Shown piece by piece: positions 17,170 to 31,449 of a DNA stretch of 64,000 nucleotides. A program made the translations under genes and the position numbers. Within the stretch, counting starts at the first letter, position 1. Every line of letters begins with the position of its first letter. Origin of the DNA: Eledone cirrhosa (taxonomy: Eukaryota); contig OZ024751.1 in NCBI GenBank assembly GCA_964016885.1, forward strand, positions 11,594,001 to 11,658,000, given 5' to 3'. The notes beneath the pieces were generated by a model that saw only the letters and a program-made list of their open reading frames with translations, ran no database searches and was not told the origin of the DNA.

Positions 17170-18363
17170 GAGATTGATAGAATCGTATAATATTTTGTTG
17201 CTATAACTCATAATTTATTCAGCGGTACTGAGACCTCCTCAGGTCTCGAACAAAATCGACACTATTGCGGCCCACACTCCGGAATGTTCTTTTTGACATT
17301 ACCAAAATATCAAGAGTGTCAATGTAAGTTGCACTTTTCTAGACAATATTGCAACATCAAAAAGTACATTCACTTAATACATCACCAAACTTTTAAATCG
17401 CACTAGCAACGTAAAAAGTGACGATTTTGTTGTTTACTTGGCGACTCACATCGCGTTTGCTTTTCAAGTTACTGAATAGCTCTTCAAGGCATAGTTTATT
17501 TAATACATTTACTCCAGCTAGTATATCGTTATAGACATCTAGCTGACCGCTTTTGTCGGTAGATTTAGGTCGAAGACATTCATATTCCTCGAAAACCACA
17601 CCTGTCGTTGTGATTCTCTGAGAAACTGCACATAAGGTAACAGTCAAATATATACTTTAACAATAAAACTGAACTATCACTTTTCGTATAATAATGGGTA
17701 TTTCTGATAGTTTCTTCCAAATAAGTATTAGATGGTAATATTGAATACGTATGATAAGCAAATACTAAGGTATCCCATAACATAGAAAATGAACTTCTTC
17801 CTCACTATTACCAATATAAACAATATAAAAAGAATATAAAAAAAAACAAAAACAACATTAAGGGTTATTGAATGGAATTACAAACTAATGAATGCTTATC
17901 TTCCTAATGGGTCAATCTGATTTGAAAACGGAGAGAAACATTTGGATATCATAATCTATGATTTACAAACAAAACTGAATTCTCAAGTTCGTTGGGCCTT
18001 TGACCATTGGTCCGCTCCGTAAGAATTGAGATTGGAAGGGAGCTGCAAAACATCAAAAGCAATCACATATTCATCGTTTAGACCCATCCCTCACCACATA
18101 TATTGATTTTGCTTCGTTTGTTTCTCAATTATTTTTTGCTTTCGCTCAAATTGATCTTTACATAATTAATGTTCCTTGCCGGAGTGTCAAGGTGTCATTG
18201 ACGGAAATACGCGAAAATGATGAAAAGTCCAATTATAGCTTTGAAAATACGTTAGCAAATATATATTAGCATTTCATAAATAAGAAGGAAGCACATTGTT
18301 CAAAATTTATCTTTCTATGTACACGTTCGCACACACACTTACAGACGAGCATGCACACACATA

Positions 18364-18445
<82 letters not shown>

Positions 18446-18615
18446 TATATATATACACGCATATATATTATATATATATAGATATATATATTATATATGT
18501 ATGTGTGTGTGTATATACATATATATATGTATATATATATATTTATGTGTATATATATTTATGTGTATATATATTTATGTATATATATATATATATATTT
18601 ATGTGTATATATATT

Positions 18616-18662
<47 letters not shown>

Positions 18663-18663
18663 T

Positions 18664-18727
<64 letters not shown>

Positions 18728-18853
18728 ATATATATATAATATATATATATATACGCAGGCTTGCATATTTCTAGAAATCAACGTGAAGAATATACACTCG
18801 CACACACGGACATATCATATATATACATGTACAAATGTAAGTGTGTGTGTGTG

Positions 18854-18961
<108 letters not shown>

Positions 18962-19157
18962 TGTGTGTGAGCGTGTATGTCTCAGAGTGAAACGGTGTGT
19001 GGATTCTGACATGACGAGGAATTCATCCGAGCTTTATTACTTGTTGAAATTAATCCTAGAGGATATTTGCCCTCAGATGAATAACCTTTCAACCTGGTTG
19101 GCATCGATTATTTCCACAATTTTGACTTCTTCCTTTATATGTGTGTAGATGTAGGTT

Positions 19158-19190
<33 letters not shown>

Positions 19191-19244
19191 AATATATATA
19201 CATACTTACATATATACATACTTACATATATATACATACACAAA

Positions 19245-19335
<91 letters not shown>

Positions 19336-19367
19336 TATATATATGCTATATATATATGTATATATGC

Positions 19368-19408
<41 letters not shown>

Positions 19409-19715
19409 GTGTATGTGTGTGTGATATATTACTTACTCTACTGCATAACTCCTCATAGTTATTTTGTCTTTGTGAATAATAAAAATTATATAAAAACAAA
19501 CAAAAAAAGTGCCAACCAATCAGACTCTAACCTGAATTAATTAATTCGATTTCGACAGTTTCAAGGGTTCAACGAATTGTTCAATAGCTGTATTCTATAG
19601 TTAGATGATGATCGATCGTGATTTTGTCAGTAATCCTGGACTGCGTACACTTCTTTATTGCATGATTATCTTCCCTGACTCACACTCATTCTCTCCACTT
19701 ATGCTTGTCTTTTGG

Positions 19716-19793
<78 letters not shown>

Positions 19794-19886
19794 TCACTCA
19801 CTCACTCTCTCTCTCTCTATCTTTCTATCTATCTATCTATCTCTATCTCTCTCTTTCTCTCTCTCTCTCTCTCGTTATATGTATAT

Positions 19887-19929
<43 letters not shown>

Positions 19930-19965
19930 TATACATACACATACATATACACACACATATAGATA

Positions 19966-19999
<34 letters not shown>

Positions 20000-20006
20000 C
20001 ATACAT

Positions 20007-20037
<31 letters not shown>

Positions 20038-20124
20038 CATACATATACATACACATATATATATACATATACATATATATATATACATACACAAACATAT
20101 ACACATACGTATACATACATACAC

Positions 20125-20156
<32 letters not shown>

Positions 20157-20689
20157 ATACACACACATATATATATATCGTAATGATTTTTATAAATACT
20201 ATGAATATATATATGTCAGACTCCCACACACATACATAGATACAAACATTCATGCATACAAGTATATACATATATGTGTGTCTGTATGTATGTGTGTGTG
20301 TGTGTATGTATGTGTGTTTGTGCCTGTGTTTATGGGTGTGTGTAAGCATATGTATGTATGAGTGTGTGTTTATTTCTATGGAACGTTTATTGAGAGAAAC
20401 ATAAAAATGTGGTTCCAAATGAATTGGTTTTTCAGTTACTTTTCCAATATTTTAAAAGATTTTTACTTTTTTTAGTACTTTGTAAAGATAAACTAAGAGT
20501 AACCTCCCCTTCTATCGAGTCACAATATCTACATGGTTGAAAAAACTAAACAAAAACAAAAGATGTATGCAGTTGATGGGTCTAAATCTAAATGAATATA
20601 TTACCTTAAGGAATATTGAAAGCATGTTAACTTTGAAATGCAGTCGCGCCAGCGCAAAAGACTATAATACTAGTGGAATTACTATAAAT

Positions 20690-20880
20690 AATGGTTTCTG
20701 ATTTAGGCAAAGAACTAACAATTTTAGGGGAAGGGAGTGTCGACTAAATTGATTCTTGTGTGTTAGTGGTACTTTATTTCATCCATCCCGTAAGAGTGAA
20801 AGGCAAAGCTAAACGGGGTGTGAATTCGAAATATAAATGCACGTAACTCTATGCCAAAAAGCATGTTTTCCGAAGCTCTA
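20690..20880 (-). mobile_element. tRNA-derived SINE, family 1 (old)
   Basis: Degenerate match including ggtactttattt...gaaaggcaaag. Confidence 0.65.
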
Positions 20881-21204
20881 CCAGAAAATTGGTTAAAGTA
20901 TACGTGGAGACAGAAGTCACACGAGTAACGCAACTGCCCGGCATCAGAGAGAAGCGGAGTTGGATTTCTCTTAGATTCTCCTGTTCTCTTTCAAACGTTA
21001 TAGACATTCAGGACGGATGACTACATTACAAATGTAAATATGGTAACATACATCAGCAGGATTTGCCTTCAAACTAACACAAAACAGCTTCAATGCATTA
21101 CACATACACATTTAAACGTAGAATATATATAATTTATTTCAATCGAACCCCAACATCTGAAGTCCTGGTGTTTCGCAAAGCATTTGGTTAGAAAGTCAAT
21201 AGCA

Positions 21205-21303
<99 letters not shown>

Positions 21304-21350
21304 CGTACATACACGCAGGCACAAACACACACACATACATATATATACAT

Positions 21351-21535
21351 ATAGGAAAAGAGTCAGGACCCCGACGGCTGAGCTCCGGCCTGAACAGTTC
21401 GGAACTAGCTGTCGAAACGGCCGGGACTCAACCGTCGGGGCCCTGACTCTTTTCCTATTACCCACTCTACTACCCTAGGTATTGAGTACTCTGGTGCCTA
21501 TGGTCCGCCTCGTTTTTTACCACACTTCCTTTGTT
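21351..21535 (+). mobile_element. Family A variant with imperfect arms and a 28-nt spacer
   Basis: Arms ataggaaaagagtcaggaccccgacgg..ccggcc / ggccggg..ccgtcggggccctgactcttttcctat; spacer tgaacagttcggaactagctgtcgaaac; family A tail. Confidence 0.8.
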
Positions 21536-21550
21536 ATATATATATATATA

Positions 21551-21581
<31 letters not shown>

Positions 21582-21585
21582 CCCA

Positions 21586-21688
<103 letters not shown>

Positions 21689-22022
21689 CTACATATCTGT
21701 TGCTCTGAATATACACATACATAATACACACAAACACCCAGCCAGCCACAGACGCCCATGTGTATATATATATATACAGAGAGAGAGACGCACATTCACG
21801 TAAATACACAAGGTCACTTTAGCCAACCTTATATACAGTCCCAAAGTTGACGCCATGCTTATCGAAACATTTATCAATCAATGAGTCTTGTGAATTGGTC
21901 AATCATTTGAATATATATTGCTAAGACTGTTGAAATAGATCGTATGTTGGTGAATGTCATGACATAATGGAATTTTCACACACGCACACACATGTATGTA
22001 TATATATATATGTATATATATG

Positions 22023-22115
<93 letters not shown>

Positions 22116-22120
<5 letters not shown>

Positions 22121-22310
22121 AACGAGTAGGACCCCGACGGCTGAGCTCAAGCCGTTTCGACGGCTAATTCTGGAGTCCAGAATTAGCCGTCGAAACGGCT
22201 TGAGCTCAGCCGTCGGGGTCCTACTTGTTCCTATTACCCACTCTACTACCCTAAGTATTGAGTACTTTGGTGCGTTATGGTCCACCTGGTTCCTTACCAC
22301 ATTTCTTCCG

Positions 22311-22312
<2 letters not shown>
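22116..22312 (+). mobile_element. Family A palindromic element in (TA)n
   Basis: 59-bp arms 22116-22174 and 22176-22234 (1 mismatch), 1-nt centre, family A tail. Confidence 0.9.
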
Positions 22313-22392
<80 letters not shown>

Positions 22393-22395
<3 letters not shown>

Positions 22396-22872
22396 AAGTT
22401 ATATTTAAAATTGTTGGGTTACAACTAGTAAATATTTATAACTGATATAAAAGCACTCGACAAATACTTGGAGTATATTTACAATATTAAATAAATGGAA
22501 AACTATATTTATAAAACCATATTTATTTCATTATATATATTTCGGGGATATCATATTAACAATATGCTATGCCTTCATCAGACAAAATACAATATAAACA
22601 GTTTTATAGATAAATATATTCGACATACCGTAATAAACATCAACTTCATTTGAAGAGGTTCACTCTAGAGGTTCACTCTAGAGTGACTGCTAGAGTGAAC
22701 CTCTTCAAATGAAGTTGATGTTTATTACGGTATGTCGAATATATTTATCTATAAAACTGTTTATATTGTATTTTGTCTGATGAAGGCATAGCATATTGTT
22801 AATATGATATCCCCGAAATATATATAATGAAATAAATATGGTTTTATAAATATAGTTTTCCATTTATTTAAT

Positions 22873-22878
<6 letters not shown>
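22393..22878. mobile_element. Family B large palindrome in (TA)n
   Basis: 189-bp arms 22480-22668 and 22690-22878; 13-bp duplication aggttcactctag at the centre; unpaired family 3' end 22393-22479. Confidence 0.9.
22769..22834 (+). ncRNA. Type I hammerhead motif (family B; mirrored on minus strand near 22524-22589)
   Basis: CTGATGA 22777-22783, imperfect stem II, GAAA 22815-22818, palindromic stem III ATATATAT, stem I tattttgt/atgaaata. Confidence 0.65.
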
Positions 22879-22926
<48 letters not shown>

Positions 22927-23085
22927 TACACACTCACACATATATATGTATATTTATATCAAAGGTATATATTGAGTTAGAAACTCAAAATAGTCTCTTA
23001 CAACAAAATAGCTCTAAGAAAGAGATATTTCCGAGCCGTATATTATAATAGAATATAAAAGGAACACGAACAGAGACACATACAT

Positions 23086-23802
23086 CTATCTATCTATCTA
23101 AGGCGGGTAAAATTCCCGAGATCCATGGACGAGTTCTCTCCAGCGGTCTCTGTCCCTCATTATCGCTGCCATATCCTGCATCTCAAACAGACCAGTGTCT
23201 GTCCTTAGGGCATCAACATACGTTAACCTTGGTCTTCCTCTTCTAGTGTATCCATGTAGGGGCTCCCAAAGGAGCACTGAGTGCAATGTCAACTCTGGAA
23301 GTCGGTGAGCATGTCCAGCTAACCTCAGTCTCCTCTGTGTCACTTTTGAGCTGACTTTTGGGAGGCTCCCTTACGGCTCTGAGTTATTCATCCTCAGTGT
23401 ATACTGATTAATGTTCAGAGCCATCCTCAGCATTCTCGTGTAGCACGCATCCACCATATACAGTGAAGGAGGCAGAGGATTGATGCGGGAGGTTGAGACT
23501 GTGTCGATGAGTGTGGTTCTGAGAATGAATGAGACGAAAACAAAATATCTGGTAGAGAATGTTGAGAAGCCAGAGGGGATCACTAATGTAGGCGGGAAGC
23601 CGCTGGAATTGGTTGAGGACTTCCTGTATTTGGGAGCAAAGATTGGGAATACGGAAGATGATGTGGTTGAGAGGAAGAGCAAGGCCTGGGCGGCGTGCCA
23701 CAGCTTGAGATCGGTGTGGAAGTCGGACCTTCGTAGAGACCTGAAAATCCGCCTCTTCATTGCTGTAGTGGAGTCTGTGCTGTTGTATGGGTCTGAGACT
23801 TG
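23086..23802 (-). mobile_element. RTE-clade LINE with inverted 5' segment (twin-priming structure)
   Basis: Minus 23086-23459 encodes VDACYTRMLRMAL..RRLRLAGH with (taga)n tail; plus 23460-23806 encodes upstream RT region NETKTKY..FLYLG..LLYGSETWT; 11-bp TSD gacacatacat at 23075-23085 and 23803-23813. Confidence 0.9.
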
Positions 23803-24282
23803 GACACATACATATATGTGTTCAAATCGTAAGGGGCCAGATTCGCTAAGGTGAAAAGGATACTAACTATAGATAATACGGTTTACCTGACTCAAATTAA
23901 GAATAAATCAAGAAAATAAATACAAATCGGAATTGTGGTAACTGCCAATCACCCAGACAGCTTTTTGGTACTGCTGTTTCGTAAAATTAATTGTGGATAG
24001 GAATGCCAATTCTTGCTCATCAGTGGGTGAAGAATTAGTATCCTAGACACTTCTAAATATATTAAGTAACTGAATAGTGTGCCTATATATAACAACGCAC
24101 ATGGTATCTGAACTTAGCGCGTCTCACAAACTTACACCACTAAAATTAGCAGCCAGGTTTATTCAACATTTGAATTAGTTCAACAAATTAACGGAGCCGA
24201 ATATATCAAAGGTATATATATGGTCCCTTACGATTTGAACACATATATGTATATATCGGTGTTCGTATTTCTTTTATATTCA

Positions 24283-24630
<348 letters not shown>

Positions 24631-24810
24631 AGAACAAAAGATGGTTAAAAGAGTTCCATGTATTTTATTGTGAGCATTTCAAAAACAAATATCATCATGC
24701 AATAATATTTGTGTTTTCATCAGATAAAACATGAAGACATGATATGAAGGTTAAAAAACACTTGTGGATAGTTCAGTTTTAAATCATGTACTACAATAAA
24801 ACTCACCTCC

Positions 24811-25101
<291 letters not shown>

Positions 25102-25118
25102 CTTTGCCCCGTTATTTT

Positions 25119-25151
<33 letters not shown>

Positions 25152-25154
<3 letters not shown>

Positions 25155-25323
25155 TTAATATAGATGAGATTCTACAGGATTAGAACTGTTGATTCCTGAT
25201 GATTTCAAATGAATGAAACAGTTCTAGTCCTGTAGAATCTCATCTATATTAAAACTGTTATACTCTGCTATGTATTGAGTACCTTACTTACTGTGGTTAC
25301 CTCCGATTCAACCCGGAATAACG
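25152..25323 (+). mobile_element. Family D palindromic element; spacer holds CTGATGA...GAAA
   Basis: 39-bp arms 25152-25190 and 25217-25255; CTGATGA 25196-25202, GAAA 25215-25218. Confidence 0.85.
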
Positions 25324-25397
25324 TATATATATATATATATATATATTTGCATATATATATATATATATATATATTTGCATATATATATATATATATG

Positions 25398-25439
<42 letters not shown>

Positions 25440-25444
<5 letters not shown>

Positions 25445-25626
25445 GTTTCTTCTTTAGGCACAAGGCCAGCAATTACTCAGTGCATTACTGGTACTTTATT
25501 TTATCGACCCCGTAAGGATGAAAGGCAAAGTCAACCTCGGCGGGATTTGAACTCAGATCGTAAAGGGACGTCACTATGCTGGAAAGCATGGCGTCCGACC
25601 CTCTACAGATACTGCCAATCCACCGC
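25440..25626 (-). mobile_element. tRNA-derived SINE, family 1
   Basis: Near full-length reverse complement of 9743-9932. Confidence 0.9.
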
Positions 25627-25737
25627 ACATATATAGATACAGATATAATATAATGAGAGGTATACAGTGACCAGCGAAACTGTACAGTTGGGACTAAAGA
25701 AAAAGTAGGTATATTGTATCTATTATTCCTTTATATA

Positions 25738-25780
<43 letters not shown>

Positions 25781-26776
25781 ATACATCTCTCTTTCTCTCT
25801 CTATCTGTATATATATATACACACACACATATATAGATACAGATATAAATGTTTGTGTTTGAGTGCATATATACATCTGTATGCTTCCATGTACATATCC
25901 GCTAATATTGCGTACGTCTGTAGACGTATGTGTTTATATACCCATTTTTACAAAATAATAAATTAATAGAAATTCGACTCGTATCGCATAGATAGATAAA
26001 TAAATTGAAAGAAAGGGAAAAGTAGAGGAAAAAGAACAAAAGGAAAATGGAAAATAAATAAATAAATAAAGGAAGAAAGAGAGAAAGAAAAATGAAGGAG
26101 GCATTCAGGTAAATTTAATTTATTATCAGTGTATAAGAATTCTTCGTGTGATAAATAGATTGTAGCGCAGTTTGTATCTAACAGAAAATATATTAATCGA
26201 GCAATAGCAATAATTAATTTAAATAAATAATCACTAATGATAATATACGAAAACACATATGCATGTATAAAAGATGTTATTGACTTTATAGTGGGTATAT
26301 TTGATTAGCGTTGAATTCGTGAATATTCTACAATATACAATATTAAACAGGTTGGTGAATATCCAAGGAAAAAAAATGTATATGTCGTTATGATTTGTTT
26401 AGGTAAAGCCTGTACAATGCAATTTTGATCGAAATAAAGGAGTGAATGTATGAGAAAAATAGGAGAAATAATATAATAGTTTATACTTGTACTTTATATT
26501 TCAATATATTTCGATGTTAAGAATCCTTTAAAAAAGAAATAGAGAAAATAAAGAATATTTCTTTTATTATGAAAATAATCCCTAACACCGAAATATCATA
26601 TAATTGTTTCTACTTTAGGCACAAGCCAGCAATAACCCAGTGCATTACTGGTACTTTATTTTATCGACATGTAGAAATATATCTTGCAATTAAAATATCG
26701 TACTAAACTCTAGTTTTCACTTTATTTTGAACATTCATTCTACTGATTTTCAGAAAATTACACTACCTGAACGTAT

Positions 26777-27213
26777 GGATTGGCAGTATCGGTAGAAGGT
26801 CGGACGCCATGCTTTGCAGCATAGAGTTAGGGCTCTTTATGATCTGAGTTCAAATCCCACCGAGGTTAGATTTGCCTTTCATTCTTACGGGGTCGATAAA
26901 ATAAAGTACCACTCACGCACTGGAGTCGATTTAATCGACTTTCCCCACCCCCAAAATTGCTCGCCTTGTGCCTATATAACAAACCATTATTAAGAAGGGG
27001 TAGGGTGGTGGATTGGCAGAGTGAGTAGTGCGTCTGACAACATGCTTTACAGTATAGAGTTATGGCTCTTTACGTTCTGAGTTCAAATCCCACTGAGGTT
27101 ACCTTTGCCTTTCATCGATAGAATAATGTACCGGTCCCGCAGTGGGGTCGATTTACTTGACTTCCCCCTTCCTTAAAACTTCTGGCATTGTGCCTAAATC
27201 AGGAACCATTATT
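26777..27213 (+). mobile_element. Two tandem family 1 SINEs (26777-26990 and 27005-27213)
   Basis: Each has ggattggcag..., ctgagttcaaatccca, gcctttcat and accattatt tail; a partial minus-strand copy lies at ~26600-26668. Confidence 0.85.
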
Positions 27214-27229
27214 ATGAGTGGATCAATCT

Positions 27230-28620
27230 TGGTATAACTGAGCTTTGCAGCCTCCGTCTTGGACGTGCGGTCCATTCTCCGCTAGGTTCAGGTGACACCC
27301 AATGAGGATGTCCTCATCCACAGGTCACCGATCCACCCGCCGGCCATCCGCTCCACCATCAGGTCCAGGCTTCAACAGCACCAGACTCTCACGAGCCGAC
27401 TGGGCTTGATTGACGGCCAGCCAGCTCTCTTTCTGCTGAGGAACTGCTTCGCCATGCCGAAGCTCCTCTATACACTCCGGAAGGGCTCCGTGCTATACCC
27501 AGACATCTCTCCTCGCTGACGCGATACTTGTATCCGAGCAGCAGCGGAGGAGATATACAACGTCAAGTTTGACGACATAGGGTGGCAACAGGCCACTTTA
27601 CTTGTCAAGTATGGCGGCCTTGGCCTGCGGTCCCCGATCTCACTAGCTTTGCCGGCGTATCTTTCTCGGTAACCTCGTGCCGCGTCCTCGTCAGAGGGTT
27701 CTTCAAAACACAACGAACCCTCTGTGTTCAGAGGACGTGACGCCGCCTGTGAGTCGTGGGACCGACTGGGGCTTAGCCCAGTAGACGTTCCTCCTCCCGC
27801 TCCCCCTGTTGACATCAAGTCCCCACAACGCACGTGGGATGTCATCCAGTGCAGCTTGGCCTCAGAGAGGCTCAGGCGCCAGCTGGACCAGCACCGCCTT
27901 GCTTGTTTTCCTGCGGCCTCTAAACCCCACAGTGGTGCCTGGCTCCATGCCCTGCCCTCCTTCTCCACTGGCATGCAGCTAGACAACCATAGCCTGCGCA
28001 TCGGCGTTTCCCTGAGGCTCGGCCTCCGGATCTGCAAGCCACACCAATGTCGCTGCGGTTCCACCGTGGACTCTTTCAGACTCCACCCGCTTTCCTGTCG
28101 CCACAGTGCCGGCCGCATTCCGCGCCATGCTGCCCTCAATGAGGTCATTAAGCATGGCTTGGACGCTGCAGGCTTCCCTTCCCAGCTCGAGCCGGTGGGG
28201 CTGGATCGAGGGGACGGCAAAAGGCCAGACGGCAAAAGGCCAGACGACATGACCATCTTCCGTTCCGCGGTGGCAAACCCCTCGTCTGGGATGCGACTTG
28301 CACCGACACTTTCTGCAGCTGGAACCTGGTGCAGTCTGCGACTGACCCAGGTTCTGCTGCACGCCGGGCTGAGGGGGCCAAATTCCTCAAATACCGGTCG
28401 CTCTCCGACAGGTTTGCGGTCGTACCCCTGGCAGTGGAGACTTCTGGTGTCCTCGGCCCCATGGCTACCTCCTTACTCACCACCATGGTCGCTGAGCTGA
28501 CCAGCCGTAGGTGTGAGCCCCGCGAGCTGGAGTGGCTTTTCCAGCGCGTCTCCGAGGAAACACCTTCATTCTGTCCGCCGGGGCTGTGGGTGGGCCCCAT
28601 CGCGTACCGTTGTAGTTGCT
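27230..28620 (+). mobile_element. CRE-like non-LTR retrotransposon 3' portion with restriction-like endonuclease (pseudogene)
   Basis: LLRNCFAMPKLLYTLR; HSGAWLHALP..LRLGL; CRC..H..SC zinc knuckle; RHAALNEVI; KRPD; AEGAKFLKY..VPLAVETSG; stops and frameshifts; GC-rich. Confidence 0.85.
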
Positions 28621-28867
28621 GTAGAAGAAACAGGAAGACAACAACTGGAAAGTTTGATTTTCTACGTAATATGTAGTCTTCATCTTTCAGTTCCTCTCCT
28701 TTATCCTAAACTCTAATTACTCCAACAAAGTTATGTTTCTATGGAAGCAAACTATTACTAAAACATCTTAATGGCTTTAATTGACATTAAATGTCAAGTA
28801 TCGAAATATGGGAGGTGAATTAACAGAGTGCAAAATAAACTTTAACGTTAGCATTCACACTTTAGCG

Positions 28868-29155
28868 AAGTCATGGGCAACCTGTGGTCCCGTTAAGCTT
28901 CCTGATTGGCTCGCCTAAGTCACCTAAGTGAAATCTTTCTGATTTCTTTATCCCAACTTCTCAGTCTTAATTTATCTTTCTATTATTATTACGACCGAAG
29001 AAAACAAGGTGTACGAATTCTGAAGAAACAAATCAAAACAACCCGAGTTACCACCTTTTTTTATGTGGGCACTAATGTAAACTAGTGCTTGCGGCCTGCC
29101 GGATGATAAGCCATGCCTCATGCGGCCGCTTATCAAAAAAGGTTGCCCATGCCTG
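28868..29155. mobile_element. hAT (Charlie-like) MITE
   Basis: TIRs aagtcatgggcaacct / aggttgcccatgcctg, subterminal gcggcc motifs, gtctagat right flank. Confidence 0.7.
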
Positions 29156-30147
29156 GTCTAGATGAACGTAAAATAAGCTGCTACACATGCTACACATGGT
29201 AATTTAACGTAATGTTAGATCATTGGACAAAATTATTTGTTGTATCTCTTCTGGTATTTATAGCTCGACTGTCTTACAATCTGTGAGGAACTTGTCAGTA
29301 CCTAGTCGAGAATATGATGTTTTGAAAAAACAAAAACCCGAATGGAAAAAGCGGAAAGAAAATGTATATCTATCCACCAGCAAATGTTTCATCAGCCGTA
29401 TATAGAACTGATCAATAATGTTAGCAGGTGTGATTGAAATGAAAGGAGTATTAAGTAGCCAATTAGGTGTTGGATTAGGCAGAATCGATACAGCCATGGA
29501 AAAAATGTTTTCTTGTAACTCTTTACATGCTGACTGCAAATACTTCTGAGATTACCTAAGGTCTTCCATCTTTCCAGGGTCGATAAGTAAATTATGAAAC
29601 ATACACACACACATACACTGGAGTTGATTTAACCAAATTCGCTCTTCTCGAAAATGTTGTCTTATCCCCAAATTAAGAGTCAATATGTTGGAATGAACAA
29701 ACGAGAAATGAATTAATTCATTTTATGAAATAAATAAATTACGTTGGTTGTGACGGTAATATTGTTCTGGTGTTATGAAGACTGCAGTTTAAAGAAATGA
29801 TGACGTGAATGAAAACATTATTTGCTACATATAGTATGTTATTTTGCTATAATTCTTTGGTTAAATAGAAACCAGCGGAATTTGAAATTAGAATCCAAGT
29901 GACGTAACTAGATAGAATAAATGAGCTTGTCCGGTGATTTATCAATTCTGACAATTAACTAACACCAAACATCTCCCATCTACAGTCTTAGATAAAGAAA
30001 ACGTATATTATATGAAAATAATTCTACAAAAATGGGAAAGTGCAAAGCTAGGTTAAAACCTAACATATTTAACACAGATTTTAGAAAGGAAAAAAATTAA
30101 AGTACCCCAGCATAGTCTCAAACTGTTGGCTGGAACGTGTAATAGAG

Positions 30148-30310
30148 TAATGATTTCTACGATTGGCACAAGACCAATAATTTTTGGGGAGGGGAAAGTC
30201 GATTAAGTCGAAACCAGTGCTTGATTGGTAGTTTATTTTATCGACCCCGTACGGATGAACGGCAGAGCTAATCCCAGCGTGACTTGAACAGGGAACGTAA
30301 AGCGCCGAAG
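30148..30310 (-). mobile_element. tRNA-derived SINE, family 1 (5'-truncated)
   Basis: ggcacaag..gtcgattaagtcga..ttattttatcgaccccgtacggatgaa. Confidence 0.75.
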
Positions 30311-30321
30311 AGTTAACATAT

Positions 30322-30470
30322 GCTTTTCAGAAGATCCTGCTAAGGATGAAATCAGCGATTCTTTGCTTAAACTTTAAGGTGTTATTTTAATAAATATTTT
30401 CTCTACGGCTTTTATATATATTTTTATATATATAATCATTATCGAGCTCTCTTCGGATTTTAGTCTTCGC
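30322..30470 (+). mobile_element. Solo pLTR of the PLE family at 7677-9237, with HHR-like motif
   Basis: Reverse-complement homology to 7700-7845; CAGAAGA-TCCT gcta AGGA-T-GAAA at 30328-30351; ends in (TA)n. Confidence 0.8.
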
Positions 30471-30602
30471 ATATATATATATATATAATTATATATATCT
30501 CACTCACACACACACACACTCATACTTTCTCTGTGTGAATATATATATATATATAAATAAATAAATATTAATGTAAATAAATCTCCTTGTTTGTACTGTT
30601 GA

Positions 30603-30649
<47 letters not shown>

Positions 30650-30650
<1 letters not shown>

Positions 30651-31449
30651 GAGGTGTGTCAGAAAGATTACAGGACTGATGTCACAAAATATTTATTTCA
30701 AACCCAAACTTCACACTAAGAGTTTTCTCCTTCAAAGTAATCATCCAGGAGTCTAATGCACTTTTCCAGCCTTTTCTGCCACGCTTGCATGCACTCCTGG
30801 AAGAATTCTTCCGGGATCCTCCGCAGTTCCACCATCACGGTCTTTTTTATGTCGTCCACGTCTTCAAAACGGGTCTCCTCGGGTCGTACTCGAAGATCAA
30901 TGACTCATCACCGGCGATGACTGTCCCTAGCAAGTCTGGTTCGGCTTGAAGACGCTCGAGGATGTCCTGGTACACTTGTATTCTGTTCATCGTTCAGCAG
31001 TTTTGGCACCATCTTCGCGCAGACTTTCCAAATCTTCAGTGAGAATCTTCCAGACGCTGTGCCGATTCATGCCCAGGTCATTTGCTATGAGTCGAACAGT
31101 CAGCCGACGATCGCTACGCACCATCTGCCTGACGCGCTCAACCTTGACCTCAGTCCTGGTTGTTGAGGCCTACACTTGCAGCAGCAATCCCAGTTCCTCT
31201 GACGGAGTTGTCCCCAACGGTAACAGAAACTTCAAGTGTGTTCGTTGCTCTGTGCTCATTGCTTGACGACCTGAAACAGAGGACATGTATATAAAATTAT
31301 GAAAGAAAAGTTTGATCGCTGCAGAGAGCTAAGATTACAGTTACATATTCCAGGGAGATTACTTTGAAGGAGAAAACACTCAGTGTGAAGTTTGGGTTTG
31401 AAATAAATCTTTTGTGACATCAATCCTGGAACATTTCTGACACACCTCG
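30650..31449 (-). mobile_element. Non-autonomous mariner with ~100-bp inverted ends
   Basis: TIR cgaggtgtgtcagaaa / tttctgacacacctcg with TA flanks; minus-strand transposase remnants VRSDRRLTVR, VITGDES..YDP, WQKRLEKCI..DYFEG. Confidence 0.9.

Noticed and set aside
17200-18260. Higher-complexity stretch with short minus-strand ORFs (17393-17647, 17580-17783)
   Set aside because: No recognisable protein motif and frequent stops; could be a decayed transposon or exon but needs BLASTX
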